The notes under the pieces were generated by a model. That model did not search any database. It was not told the DNA's origin and saw only the letters and a program-made list of their open reading frames with translations. Positions 11,807 to 23,759 of a stretch of 64,000 nt of DNA are shown piece by piece. Both the position numbers and the translations under genes were made by a program. Every line of letters begins with the position of its first letter. Position 1 is the stretch's first letter. The stretch covers positions 62,001 to 126,000 of the forward strand of contig CDMY01000239.1 of NCBI GenBank assembly GCA_001179505.1, read 5' to 3'. The stretch is from Vitrella brassicaformis CCMP3155. Taxonomy: Eukaryota > Protista > Chromerida.

Positions 11807-13311
11807 ATGGCAGTGGCGCTGCTTTTCGCTGCCGTTCTCGGCTCTCACCAGGCAAATGGATTTGTTCTTAAGTCAACTTCATCTCTCCTTCCGCCATCTT
11901 TCCCCACGACTCATCCGCTCCGATGGAACTCGGCGAGATCTGGTACCGTTGCGCTATCCAGCACGGCGGTGGCAGAGAAGGTATGTATGCACGGGCGTTA
12001 CTTGAGGAGAGGGTCACGTGTGATCATGATTTTTCCCTCGTCAGGTGACTGAGTACCCCTGGCAAAAGCTTGCAGGCGCCTACACTGGTGATCGATGATC
12101 TGACGATGCCCTCTCTGCATTGTTGACGGTTGCGTGATGTTGCTTGGTTTTCAGCGGAGGATCTTGCGGGCGACTGGCGGCTTCCGTATGGGAAGATAGA
12201 TCAGGTCAAGTGGGAGATGATGAAGCTGATGGGGAGGATGGGTGACCCTTCTTTCCCCTACTACTCCGCTCCCCTGTCCCCAAAGCTGTTCCTCGACCGC
12301 CTTTTCGGCGGCAAGGAGGTGCTGGACGAAGATGAGTTCAAAATCAAGGTGGAGCGCAAGTGGAGGTTTCTGATGCCGGTGGAGGGCGACGTGTTCCGTG
12401 ACGAGCCCGAGATGTGCTGGCAGATGTGGATGGCCGTCAGGGGGGTGGTGGAGGCGCCTGAGGACACCGAGTGGAGCAAGAAAGGCGAGAGGCCCTTCTA
12501 TGAGCCCAACGAACTCCCTATCTCTACCGTGATGCGACGGGTCAACAAGGAGATAAATCAGCAGGGGATGCACCCTGGTGCCCTTGAGGCTTTATGGCAG
12601 TGGTTCTCTGAGGGTCGGGCGGCCATCAACAAGGAGGACGTCCTGAACAAGTTGTTGGTCATCATCCCCGAGGAGAACCTGGAAGACGGCACGGGCCTCA
12701 CGAGCGATAACTTCTATGTGGCCCTTGTCGACGTCATCAAGCAGGGCATCGAGGCCTTTGACGAGGAAGCATACAAACAGTATCATGAGGAAGTCACCAA
12801 GGAAAGACAGGTGCGTGCGGCGCGAAGCTCACACGGGCAGCTACGCCTTGATCAGCCTCTGATCAAGACCAACTTACCAACCTGCTGGATGGGCATGTGT
12901 TCCTCGTGTGCCTATATGTGTATCGTGCAGACTATGCAGCAGCTCATTAGCAAGAACGCCGAGTGGAACAGGTACGAGCCGTGCACTGCTGCAGTCCCTG
13001 GTTCCTTATGTCACGTCAGTATCGCTCTGCGTTCGCTTCTTTCATGTTGCAGGAGGAGGAAGGCGGCTGCAAAGCGATCTGCACAGGACTTCCAGACCTA
13101 CGTCCAGTTCCTGGAAAAGGTGATGACATGAATGCGTGAAATCAGCACGTGATACTGTCTTGTTCGTATTCCTCATGTCTCTCTGCGAGCAGGAAGCGTG
13201 GCTGAAAGCTGAAAAGGCGGCGAATGAACAGTATGGTCTGCCTTCAAAGGCGGTCAGTTCAACGAGCTGAGGCGCTTGGGGTGTTGGTGTCTGCCTGCTG
13301 ATTCCAGTTGA
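11807..13311 (+). CDS. Hypothetical protein with a bipartite (signal + transit peptide) plastid-targeting leader; 3' end uncertain
   Basis: MAVALLFAAVLGSHQANG-FVLKSTSSLLPPSFPTTHPLRWNSARSG is a signal peptide, then Phe at +1, then an S/T/R-rich transit region. A long coding exon (~12158-12810) has strong codon bias, and the C-terminus looks coiled-coil. No recognised domain. Confidence 0.75.
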
Positions 13312-13616
13312 GCCGGGTGTATGTGTGTGACCTCAAGACACATTTGTGCGTTTCAACGCTAGCCGGCATCCATGTTATAGCAAGACGGAAGACACATCTG
13401 AACAGCACTCACCAGTGTCTCAGCCATTGAGCGATGAAACACATACACCGAGGACGGAGTGCTTTGGGTAAGGCGATAATCTATCATCAAGGTTTTGGGA
13501 GAGACAGCATCGTACACAAGAAAAACATACTGGGTTCTACACCCCTGCGTTGACGAATATCACAATCATGACACATCGCATCGCGTCGCATCGCACTCCA
13601 TACACGCAACTTGACC

Positions 13617-16600
13617 TCACACCACCACCAGAGACGTCTGACTCTTACTGCGCGCCGCTAAGAATGCCCGAAGATTCGACTCGAAAGAGTGGTAGAAGGC
13701 GGCCTCAAAGTCGTGCGTCCAGACTCGCTTCGTCAGCTTCTCGGAACCGTCAGCGTCGCGAATAGACCACAGACCGCCGGCGTCCTGCGCCGAGTCGGCC
13801 ATCCTTGTGATTCGCCTCCGCTCCGTGCCGCGGATGTTGGCTGTGCCCGTCTTGATCCTCCTCGCCGTGCCACCAGCGTCCCTGAGAAAGCCCTCGATGT
13901 TGTCCTTGGAGCGCCACATGCCTCCCCTCGCCTCATGGCCGTTGTCGTCATCCGTATCTGAGCTGTCGCTTTGGGTGGTCCCTTTGACAGCATCACCCTC
14001 ATTGTCGCCCTCGTCGTCGGACAGACCAGTACAGAAGAAGCGGCTCTGCAGAGGGCCCAGCGAGGCGGCAGGTGTGGACGGCCCCCGAGTCGACACAGTA
14101 TCGTCATCGTTATCAGCCGCACCGGGGCGCTTCTTGGCAGCTTTCCCGCCCGCCCGCCTCGAGTTGGACAAGGCTGATACGGGCGACAGCGACTGATCGA
14201 CGCTCGAGTGCCCTGAATCTGTCGACCAACACACACGCAACACACGTATGTATGCATGGGTCGGGCGGGCGACTCTGGCACTAGGAGGGTACCCGATAGC
14301 TCCCCCGAAAAGGGCTCTAGTCGAGGTGAGCCGTTGTTGTGATCTAGGTGGCCCCTTCCTTGCCCCCTGCCCCTCCCTCTGGCTGCTCCGTCGCTGAGGC
14401 CCCCAAAGCGAGCGGTCTTGGGGTCGTGTCCGCCCGAGTCGCTCCCTCCCGAGTCGCCTCTGATGGCCATGTTGGCATTCCACTCGTCCTCATCGTGAGA
14501 CAGCAGGTGCTGGCGGGAGCGGACGACCTGCAGATCCAGCTGTACACCCAACTTGGAGGACACCATCTCGTTGCGCTGCTGGCTCGTCGCGTACGCCTGC
14601 ATCCATGAATGCCCGAACGGACCGACCGACCGACACAACAACACAACACAACACAAAAACAACGCCATGGGTGTGAAACAGCCCGCCCACCAGGAAGCAG
14701 GCAGCAAAGGAGGGCTCCGTCTCATGATGCACGCTCGTGTCGTGAGGGTGAGTGAATCATCAGCCGTCTGTGCACTTACCGAGTACAGAGACTGTTTGAC
14801 TATTCTCTCTAGATCTGATGGCGTGTCGAGTGTCTCGGGCTTCCGACAGAGCACTTCAGCAATCTGATGGAGGGTCAAGCGATATTCCAAGGCCCCGATC
14901 TTCAGCAGACGAGTTGTCACACGCATCGACGACAGGCACTCCTTCCTGAGACCATCACACACGCAGTATTTGTATGGCGCTCGTCCGAGACAGAGCAAGG
15001 ACAGAACAGCACCAAAGGTGCGGAGTGAGTGCAGCTGGGCAGCCAATAAGGGAAGAGAAAGCCACGACACTCACCTTATGTACAGCTTCTTCCGGAGTCG
15101 CGCTGCATCCTTATCGGGGTTCAGGGACTTGATATAACGCAGTGCGGGCATGCCGAATGGCAACTGATGGCAGCCAGGCAGACAGGCAGGCAGACAGGCA
15201 TCGAACTAGTGAGTGGATGGCCTGGTGGTGACCTAAGCTGGCTGCCGTTTGTGGTGTGTGTGTGTGTGTGTTTCCTTACCTTTGCCTGTGGCCAGTCGAA
15301 CCACACGAGATCAATGGTTGCAATCTCGAGCTGATCCGGCAGGATGAGGCCATGATCAATGGGAACCAACCGCCACCTGACGTATTTCAAAGCCACAAGA
15401 CGATCGTGCCGCCCTCCTTACGACCACGATACATCGATCCATCCATCCAATATACTCATGCACCTTACCTTGATGGCTGGATGAGTGAGGAGATCGACTT
15501 GGGTCCATCCCGCTGCTTGTCGTTGTCGAAGTATGCCTCGTTCGGCACAAGGAGAAGATTTCCGTCCTGCAGACAACGCAAACCAGACGGTGTATGCGTC
15601 GACGATTGCTTTGTTTGCGTTGCGTTGACTGGTAAAGTTGGATGGGTACACGTGTGGCACACGTACGTTTCTGTCCATGTTTGCAACCCTGATGTCGAAA
15701 ATGCCAATGCGGTGCACATCATCTCGGCTGAACTGACGGGGGTTCACGTTGCCCACCACGTCCTGCATGAACGTGAACCAACGATGAATGAAAAGCACCA
15801 AGAGAGGCAGGGCAGGGCAGGGCAGGCCCTGCCACCACCCGTCTGTCCTTGTGATAAATATATTTGTTTACCTCGGCCTGCACAAACTCCTGGAAAGATC
15901 CCTGCTTCCAGATGAGCTTCCCGTCAGGGTTGCTGAAGGACGGATGGCAACACTCGACCTGAATTCAATGGGAACGACCAAGAAACCAACACATAGACAG
16001 CAGGCCGGGAGGCTGAGACGCCGTGTGTAGGTGTTGATTGATTGCCAGAGTCGTCTCGGGAACGTCTGGCGTGTGAGGGCGATTGCAAGACGGCACAAAG
16101 ACAGATAAGAGTGTCGATGCAGCGAGCTCAGGACGTACGCTACAGGATGCAAGCGTGCCCCACTTGTCACGTACGTCACTTACTTGCAAACGAGGATGGA
16201 TTGGTGGATTGATCGAGGATGAAGGCAGCCGCCTCTCGGCTAGCCGACTCGCCAGACAGTACCTGCACGATAGGATGGACGGACACGCATACGCGCATAT
16301 TCACACATACATGTATGCGTACGTACGTACGTACTGCGCCGACTCGTCCGTGTCTTTCTGTCTGTGTGTGTGTGTGTCTGTCTCAGCTAGGTAGGGTGTA
16401 TTCATTGCGTATTACAGTACCCCCGCTCTGAATCCCTGTTGTCCGAGTTTGCCCTCATATCCCCGTGGGTTGTTGGGTGCGAAGGCCTCTTCGTCAAAAG
16501 GCTTGAATACCGATACCTGACCAACACCGCCGCCACACAACAGCACCCCATGAGTTTCCTCCGCGGCCCTGTGGCTGCCTGCCTGCCTGCCTGCTTCTCT

Positions 16601-18329
16601 AGAATGAGTGACAAACAGGTCACACGTCTGTCTGCCATGGGACGTACCACGCGGCCGTCGGAGTTCTTGAGGAAGTAAGTGCCACCTGCGCAAGCCCGAA
16701 TGCCCGACGCCAGAAAAGCAGCATGACCNNNNNNNNNNNNNNNNNNNNNNNNNNNNNNNNNNNNNNNNNNNNNNNNNNNNNNNNNNNNNNNNNNNNNNNN
16801 NNNNNNNNNNNNNNNNNNNNNNNNNNNNNNNNNNNNNNNNNNNNNNNNNNNNNNNNNNNNNNNNNNNNNNNNNNNNNNNNNNNNNNNNNNNNNNNNNNNN
16901 NNNNNNNNNNNNNNNNNNNNNNNNNNNNNNNNNNNNNNNNNNNNNNNNNNNNNNNNNNNNNNNNNNNNNNNNNNNNNNNNNNNNNNNNNNNNNNNNNNNN
17001 NNNNNNNNNNNNNNNNNNNNNNNNNNNNCCCCCCCCTCCCTCCCTTGCGCGCACCCACCCACCCAGCCCCCACCTGTGCCGTCCATGGTGAGTCTTGGTA
17101 CGATGTTCTTGGCCATGGCGCACTCGACCTCAATGATGAGGCTCTCGAGTTTGGTGGTGATGGGGATGTCCCTGCCCCTTTCGTGGCCCTTGCGGAGCAG
17201 GCTGCCACCCACACTATCGCCGCTCTTGCCCCCATGCAAGTGACGCTCGGGCGACAGGGACGAGCTGTTGTGGTCTGCATGCCGTCGACGGGGCTGCCGC
17301 TCCACGGCCGTGCTACGAACACCGTACTTGACGCCTTCGTGATCCAAGTCGCCCTTGAACGACCAGAGGAACCGAGGCACCGACCAACGACCCTTGCCGC
17401 GACGATTCTGAGTCGAAGGAGTCGGGCGCACACAGCAGAGACAGGCAGACAGAGCATTGTCGTTGGGCAATCCATCTGGCCGGGGTGCGGACGGCCATGG
17501 GGGTGTTTCTATTGATGCCTGACTGACATACCTGGTTGTCTCTGACGCCCAGGTCAAAATCGTTGACCAGTCTGGCGTATGGCACCTCGACGCCGCGATA
17601 GAGAAGTCGAATGTCGCTGGCCTTGAGGCCTGTCGTGGCGCTCAGCCGCCGCCTTGGCTGGGTCGCATCCGCGTGGCCAGCGTCGCCACGGGACGAGACC
17701 GTCGTCCGTCTTGCCGTGCTGGGGTTGGTCTGGTCCTGCCTCGACTGACTAGACACATCACGCCCATCGTCACGAAGAGTCACCTCATCCTCCTTGAGGA
17801 GACTGTCAAGGAGCTTCTGACGGACAGTCTGAAGGAGATAGCAACGGCAAGACCGGAAGCAACCATGTGTGTGTGTGTGACCATCCATCCGGTTGTCACG
17901 CTGGCTGCGGCCACTGAGTGCATCCACCATTGCGAGCCGCCCCCTTCCTGCCTGGCCGGCTGCCTGGCTGCCGTGGGTGTCCTTTGCTTGTTTGGTTGCC
18001 GGGAGTGGTTTGCGTACCATGAAGTCGTACCACGGGAAGACACTGAGTCTGATCTTCGGATGGTGGTCGCGGATGTGAACGAACTCGCACGTGAAGGGAG
18101 CATAGTCGCTCGGCTCCAACTCGACAAGGGCGTTGTGTGTCTGCGGATGGCATACACAACAAGTGCATGGCATGGCATGCCCATCTGTCTCTTCTGCCTT
18201 CCCGTCTGTCTGCCTGTATGTGTATGCATGTGTGTGCGCTTGCTTGCGTGGACACGCACGCACAATCATCCGCACCGAGAAGAAGCCGACGCCCAGCGGT
18301 GCCGCTTTCTTGTTCACTCCTTCTCCCAT
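13617..18329 (-). CDS. Phosphatidylinositol 4-kinase type II/gamma-like with an N-terminal ubiquitin-like domain
   Basis: DIRLLYRGVEV (UBL-like), GGTYFLKNSDGRVV|..VFKPFDEEAFAPNNPRG, GIFDIRVANMDRN|DGNLLL, LVPIDHGLILPD, WFDWPQAK. Long acidic low-complexity C-terminal region. One intron contains an N gap. Confidence 0.9.
16729..17028. other. Assembly gap (300 N)
   Basis: N run flanked by a poly-C tract, inside a PI4K intron. Confidence 1.
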
Positions 18330-18385
18330 TACTTCATCCCCGCTGGCGCGCGTTAGATACGCACAGACATTAATCACTCCGTTTC

Positions 18386-18402
18386 GCGAGCTATAAGCTC
18401 GC
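18386..18402. promoter_or_regulatory. Inverted GCGAGCT pair upstream of PI4K
   Basis: GCGAGCT-ata-AGCTCGC, about 57-73 bp upstream of the minus-strand ATG at 18329. Confidence 0.4.
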
Positions 18403-18827
18403 AGATGCCTCTAGAAGAATCGAATTCATGAAGAGGGTGCACAGCGCACGCAACGCAGGGAGAAGAAGCGTCTAACGCCTTTTGCTTTCATGTATCATTG
18501 CCGTGAATCGATCAATTTGCCGGGCTCATGCTCATGCGGTAAACATGCAATGCACTTAAGTGCACTCAAATTAAGGGATCCAACCAGTCGTAAGTAAAGA
18601 GAAGAGCAGCCAAGGCAGTGGCAAGAGAAAGAGCAACGAAATGGAGCCAATGTCCCGAGCCTGCCTGCCTGCCTCGCCGCTGGAAGAAGAACTGAGGCTA
18701 CCGATAGATCTTACACGTTCGTCCGTACTTGGGCCCTGCGTGCATCGCATGCCATGCATGTGTCCGTCCGAGCAAGGGTGGGTGAGTGGGTGGATGGATG
18801 GATGCACATGCACCCACCGCATATATA

Positions 18828-20892
18828 TCATCCTCGCTGAGTGTATGCGAATGCAATGCGGAGGGGTCGCCCCTTGACCATGACGTTGTGAAGGCCCACG
18901 AGGGCCTCCACGGCCTCCTCGACGGATGAGAACCTCACGATGGCCTGACGCCGAGACGGATCCAAGAACTGCACACATACACCACACCCACATCCACCCG
19001 CAACAACCACACACAAGCCACGCATTTACGTATGTATCGTTTCATTCATCAAGCGTATGTGCAAGCCACTGACACACAGGGCCAGGCCAACCCACATATG
19101 TATACGTACGTATGTATTCACCGTACGTACAGCATTTGCATGCGTACCTTGAAGCTCTCGACAGGCCCATGCTTGGAGAGGAGGTCCGTCAGCTCACTCT
19201 CGTCGGAGTTGTCTGCAAGGACCATCCATCCATAGGCCACGATGTATGGATGGCCGGATGGATGCGAGTCAGTCTGGTGGATTGTGCGTGCTTTGGCCTG
19301 TCTGTCAGCACCGACCAGCACCCGTCCCGTCTGTCTCATCCCATCTCACCCGAGAGGTTGGATAGGTGGAGCGATGACGAGGGGTCGAACATGCGAAGCT
19401 GGCGGTCGGGCTTGTGCCGGTTGTAATTCTGGTCATGGTAAAAGTCCACCGTCAACGTTCCCTCCTTCCTGCAGCCATGCAAGCAGGCAGACAGAAAAGG
19501 AAGCAACAAATAACTACAGAATCGCCACTTGCAGCAACAGCAACAGCACTGGGTTGCTGGCCGGTGTACGTACGCTGGTTGGATCTCGCCGCCTGAAGGA
19601 GTATCGTGTGTGTGCATCGATCGGTTGATGATGGCCGAACGGAATTAGGTAACATATATATTCGTTGCCCTTGCTCACTTACCCTTTGAGAGTTCGCATA
19701 TGAGTCGTTTGCCGTGAAGGGGACACCCCGACAAGGCCGATATGGCGGCCTGATCAGTGACGATGGCGCACACACGTCTGCTCCCTCCCTGCCTCCATCC
19801 AGGCATGCGTTCAGGTGCGCCACACCCACCCCACCCACCTGACACTGGTGGAGGGATTCCATCTGCACCAGCCCTCTGCTCTTCATCTTGAACATGATCT
19901 GATGGATGGATGGACGGACGAGTAGCGACGCATGCATGGGCGTGCGTAGCGCATTCTCGCATCTCATCTCATGTCTGCCCACCCGTGTGTGTGTATGTGT
20001 GCATGCAGTCAACTTACCTTGACCCTGTGTACGTTGCCGTATACGGCGAATAGTGCTGCGAGTTCATCGGGTCTGGTGTTGTCCTCATCTAGGTTGTTGA
20101 CCAGCACCACTGCAGGACGCGATATCGTCGGCGGCATCCCCATACCCATTCCTGTGGGCCACCAAATGCATAGTGTGTCCACGCATGTGGTGAACAAACA
20201 CGAGGAAAGGGGTGGAGCATGTCTGTCTGTCTGTCTGAGTGAGTGAGTGAGGATGCATGTGTGGGGTTTGCAGGTAGGTAGGTAGGCAGGTACCTACCGT
20301 AGCTGATGGGTGGGCCGTGCCAGTCGTAGCCCGGATGGTGTGGTGGAGGGTTGTAGCTGAACTGACGGACATTATTTCTCTCGGGAGGCGTGGGCGTGCG
20401 GTACGGGTGATCAGCAGCACTGGACAAACAGTAGCATACGCACATACACACATACATTTGTGTAGCATTCATTCTCCCAGTCAGTGTGCACGTGTCTGTG
20501 GTTGTTGCGGCAGTGAGTAAGCAAGCCACCCACCCAGCCAGCCAGCCTTACAATGGTCCCATCTCGACGAAGTCCCAGGATCTGCTGTTGGCGCCCTTGA
20601 CCGTCAGATTCTCCAGGGAAGAAAACTGAACCTGTACTTACACATAGGGACATCCGGCAAGCTGTGCAATGATAACTACGTGCAGGTAGAGCCGCGTGTC
20701 GTAGACACACACGTACCTTCAGATGATTGCAGCCCGAATATCTGAACGTACGAATGGCATACGCATACATGCAGATAGATAGATGTACGATGGACCCAGT
20801 AGCCAGATTGTGCAGGTCGCTCACACAAACACATACATGTTCTGTCCATTCAAACCAGCAACAGCAGCCTGACGGACGGACGGACGCACCCA

Positions 20893-20926
<34 letters not shown>

Positions 20927-23263
20927 GGAGGGAGGGAGGGAGGGAGAGGCCACGCAGAACAAACAACAAGGTATGGTTGCCAGCGGTCTGGTAAGTGTGT
21001 TTGTAATGTGACTGACTGACTTTCGCCTGTTCCAGGTCTGACAGCTCCACAAACGCCTGCTCCCCTGACCCGCGACGAAATATCACAATCTGCACCCGGC
21101 ACGGGGGAAGGGAAAGAGGGAAAGAGACACAAAGTTGGTGAAGTCGGGTGGGGGCTGGGGGCTGGGAGATAGTCATTCATGTATATGTCCAGGGGGGGGG
21201 GTGTCCGTGAGAGCTACTGCTAAATGACTGACTGACTGACTGACCTTCCGAATTTCTCCATAGCGCTGGAACTGCACACACAATCGCATTGCCTGACTGG
21301 CTGCTCGGTGCGTGTCTATATGTTTGTGTGTGCGTATGCGTACCACTGCGTGGAGGACCTCTACAGTGACGGGATACTCCACAGCATTGACAGTGACCAG
21401 CAGGATCACGTTGGGCGGATTGTCTGCCCAAAGTGACAAATAGACAAAAATGGGAGAGCGGACGGACGGCGGGTGGGTGCTGGGTCGTGTCTGTCTGTCC
21501 TGGACCAACTTACCGTCCGGATTGCCCTTCTTGACAATCTTGGACCGCCCTGCAGGAACCACATCAGGCAGACCGACGCGTTCTTGAGGTCCACACACGG
21601 ACTAACGGACAGATGAGCCCTTCCTTCTTTGCTTCCCTCTCCCCATCTGTGCCACCATACTGACTAAGGACTGACCCTGCCAATTAACACATGAATGAAG
21701 GAGAGGGAGGGAGGGAAGGAGGAAAGGAGGGAGGGAGGGAGAGAGGGAGGGNNNNNNNNNNNNNNNNNNNNNNNNNNNNNNNNNNNNNNNNNNNNNNNNN
21801 NNNNNNNNNNNNNNNNNNNNNNNNNNNNNNNNNNNNNNNNNNNNNNNNNNNNNNNNNNNNNNNNNNNNNNNNNNNNNNNNNNNNNNNNNNNNNNNNNNNN
21901 NNNNNNNNNNNNNNNNNNNNNNNNNNNNNNNNNNNNNNNNNNNNNNNNNNNNNNNNNNNNNNNNNNNNNNNNNNNNNNNNNNNNNNNNNNNNNNNNNNNN
22001 NNNNNNNNNNNNNNNNNNNNNNNNNNNNNNNNNNNNNNNNNNNNNNNNNNNGGGAGGGAGGGAGGGAGGGAGGGAGGGGACCGAGCGAGCCACACACATA
22101 CACATACACACATACGAACACGTTCAATCTGATTGATATCGGCTGTCGGTTGTTCATGCGCCTGTGTGTACCGAGTAAGCAAACTCCACCCCCCCACCGA
22201 CCGCAGGCATCTGACACACACACACACACACACACACAGACAAAAGCAACAAAGCATGTGTAAATGGTGAGTCATTTATTTGCTTGATGAGTTAGTTGCT
22301 GGCTGACTTGCATTGCCTGCGTCTATCCGATTATCTGTCTGTCTGTCTGTCTGTAAATATCCGTACATGTGACATATGTATGTGTGTAGGTTTGTGCGTA
22401 CGTATGTATGTATATACGTGTGTGTCGTGATGTATGTACCTACCGTCTTGTGGTACTCGAAGCACGCATTGGCCATGCCTTGGTTCTGCAGACATACATA
22501 CATACATATGCAGCAGGCAGGGAACAGTACAGCTCATTCAGCAGCATTTGTGCGTAGGCCGGCTGGCTGGCCGGCTGCCATTCTTACCTCGAACTCGACG
22601 AATCCTGACCGATGGATGCATCCACGCAACAACAAGGAAGGAAGCCAGCAGAGCGTGTGAGTGGTGTGTGCACACACACCGTTGTGCTGTCTGTCGGTGC
22701 ACGTGCGTGTTACCCTCCCTACCCGCTCTCTTGTCCGGCAGCCACAGGGTCTGCCTCACGGCCCCTGGACGCAAGATGAGCACACAAGTACACGCATACA
22801 TACATACAAGAGGAGAATGAATGAATAATGACGGCGGAAACATACCGCCCTGGATAGCTGTCGTACGTACCGAAATGACGACAGAGCTCGGCGATGCCTT
22901 CCTCCCCGCACAACTGGAGGAAGGACAGCAATATTTAAAGATTGTCGGCATTCCTTCCTTGATGTGCAGGCAGGTGCGAGTGTGTGGATAGCGTAGCGAG
23001 CGTACGGCGGGTAGGTTGCGGATGTAGAGGACCTTGGTAGGCATGTGGTGTATCCTCCGGTCAGGCGGCAGCCACCCGTGCCTCCCAGTGCTGAGTCCAA
23101 ACGACTGGGGTGTGGTGCTGTCTGTGGGTGTGGGAGTGGGCATGTCTGCCCATCGGGGGCCCGGACCGCCGCCATGCAGCGGGTGGTGGCTGTACTGGTG
23201 GCTACCGTAGTCGGGCGTGTAGTCCACATTGCTGGGCGATACACTCGGGGATACGCCCTGCAT
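18828..23263 (-). CDS. Polypyrimidine tract-binding / hnRNP L-like protein with four RRM domains
   Basis: TKVLYIRNLP; VILLVTVNAVEYPVTVEVLHAV|FQRYGEIRK|IVIF...QAFVEL; VVLVNNLDEDNTRPDELAALFAVYGNVHRVK|IMFK; PSSSLHLSNL...ALVGLHNVMVKGRPLRIAF. Confidence 0.9.
21752..22051. other. Assembly gap (300 N)
   Basis: N run within a (GGAG)n tract, inside a PTB-like intron. Confidence 1.
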
Positions 23264-23759
23264 CCTATCGATGGATGGACGGGGGAAACGCTCGCTCGCT
23301 CAGTCACCTCAATCAACGCCGACTCACAAACGCAAGCGGGGCGCGCACAAGGACGGACAGAACACCTCACGAGGGGCAGGCACTCAATGGGGAGCTGAGA
23401 TGGCAGCCGAAGCACCCGTCACAACCACCAATGCGATGATAAGACAGCACTTGAGACGTTTCACGCCTGAAATGCCCACAAATCAACAGAATGTCGCCCA
23501 TGCCGTTACATTAAGCGCATCGGGCCTCTTCGGCTGCTCACCCGTCGTGTCCGTGGCGCTATCGATGGAGTTCCAGTCCCTCAACGCGTACTACATTGCC
23601 TGTAATCATGGGGGCGTCACGCATAGTGGATGGAGGCAACCTCCCTATGCGCATGCGTCATTCACGAGTGCGAGAAAAGTACGCATACCTCGCGGTGGGC
23701 CTCTTTCGTCCTGTAAATTTTGCGCCTCTTTCGTTGGGGAACGCAGGGCGGGTTTCCAA

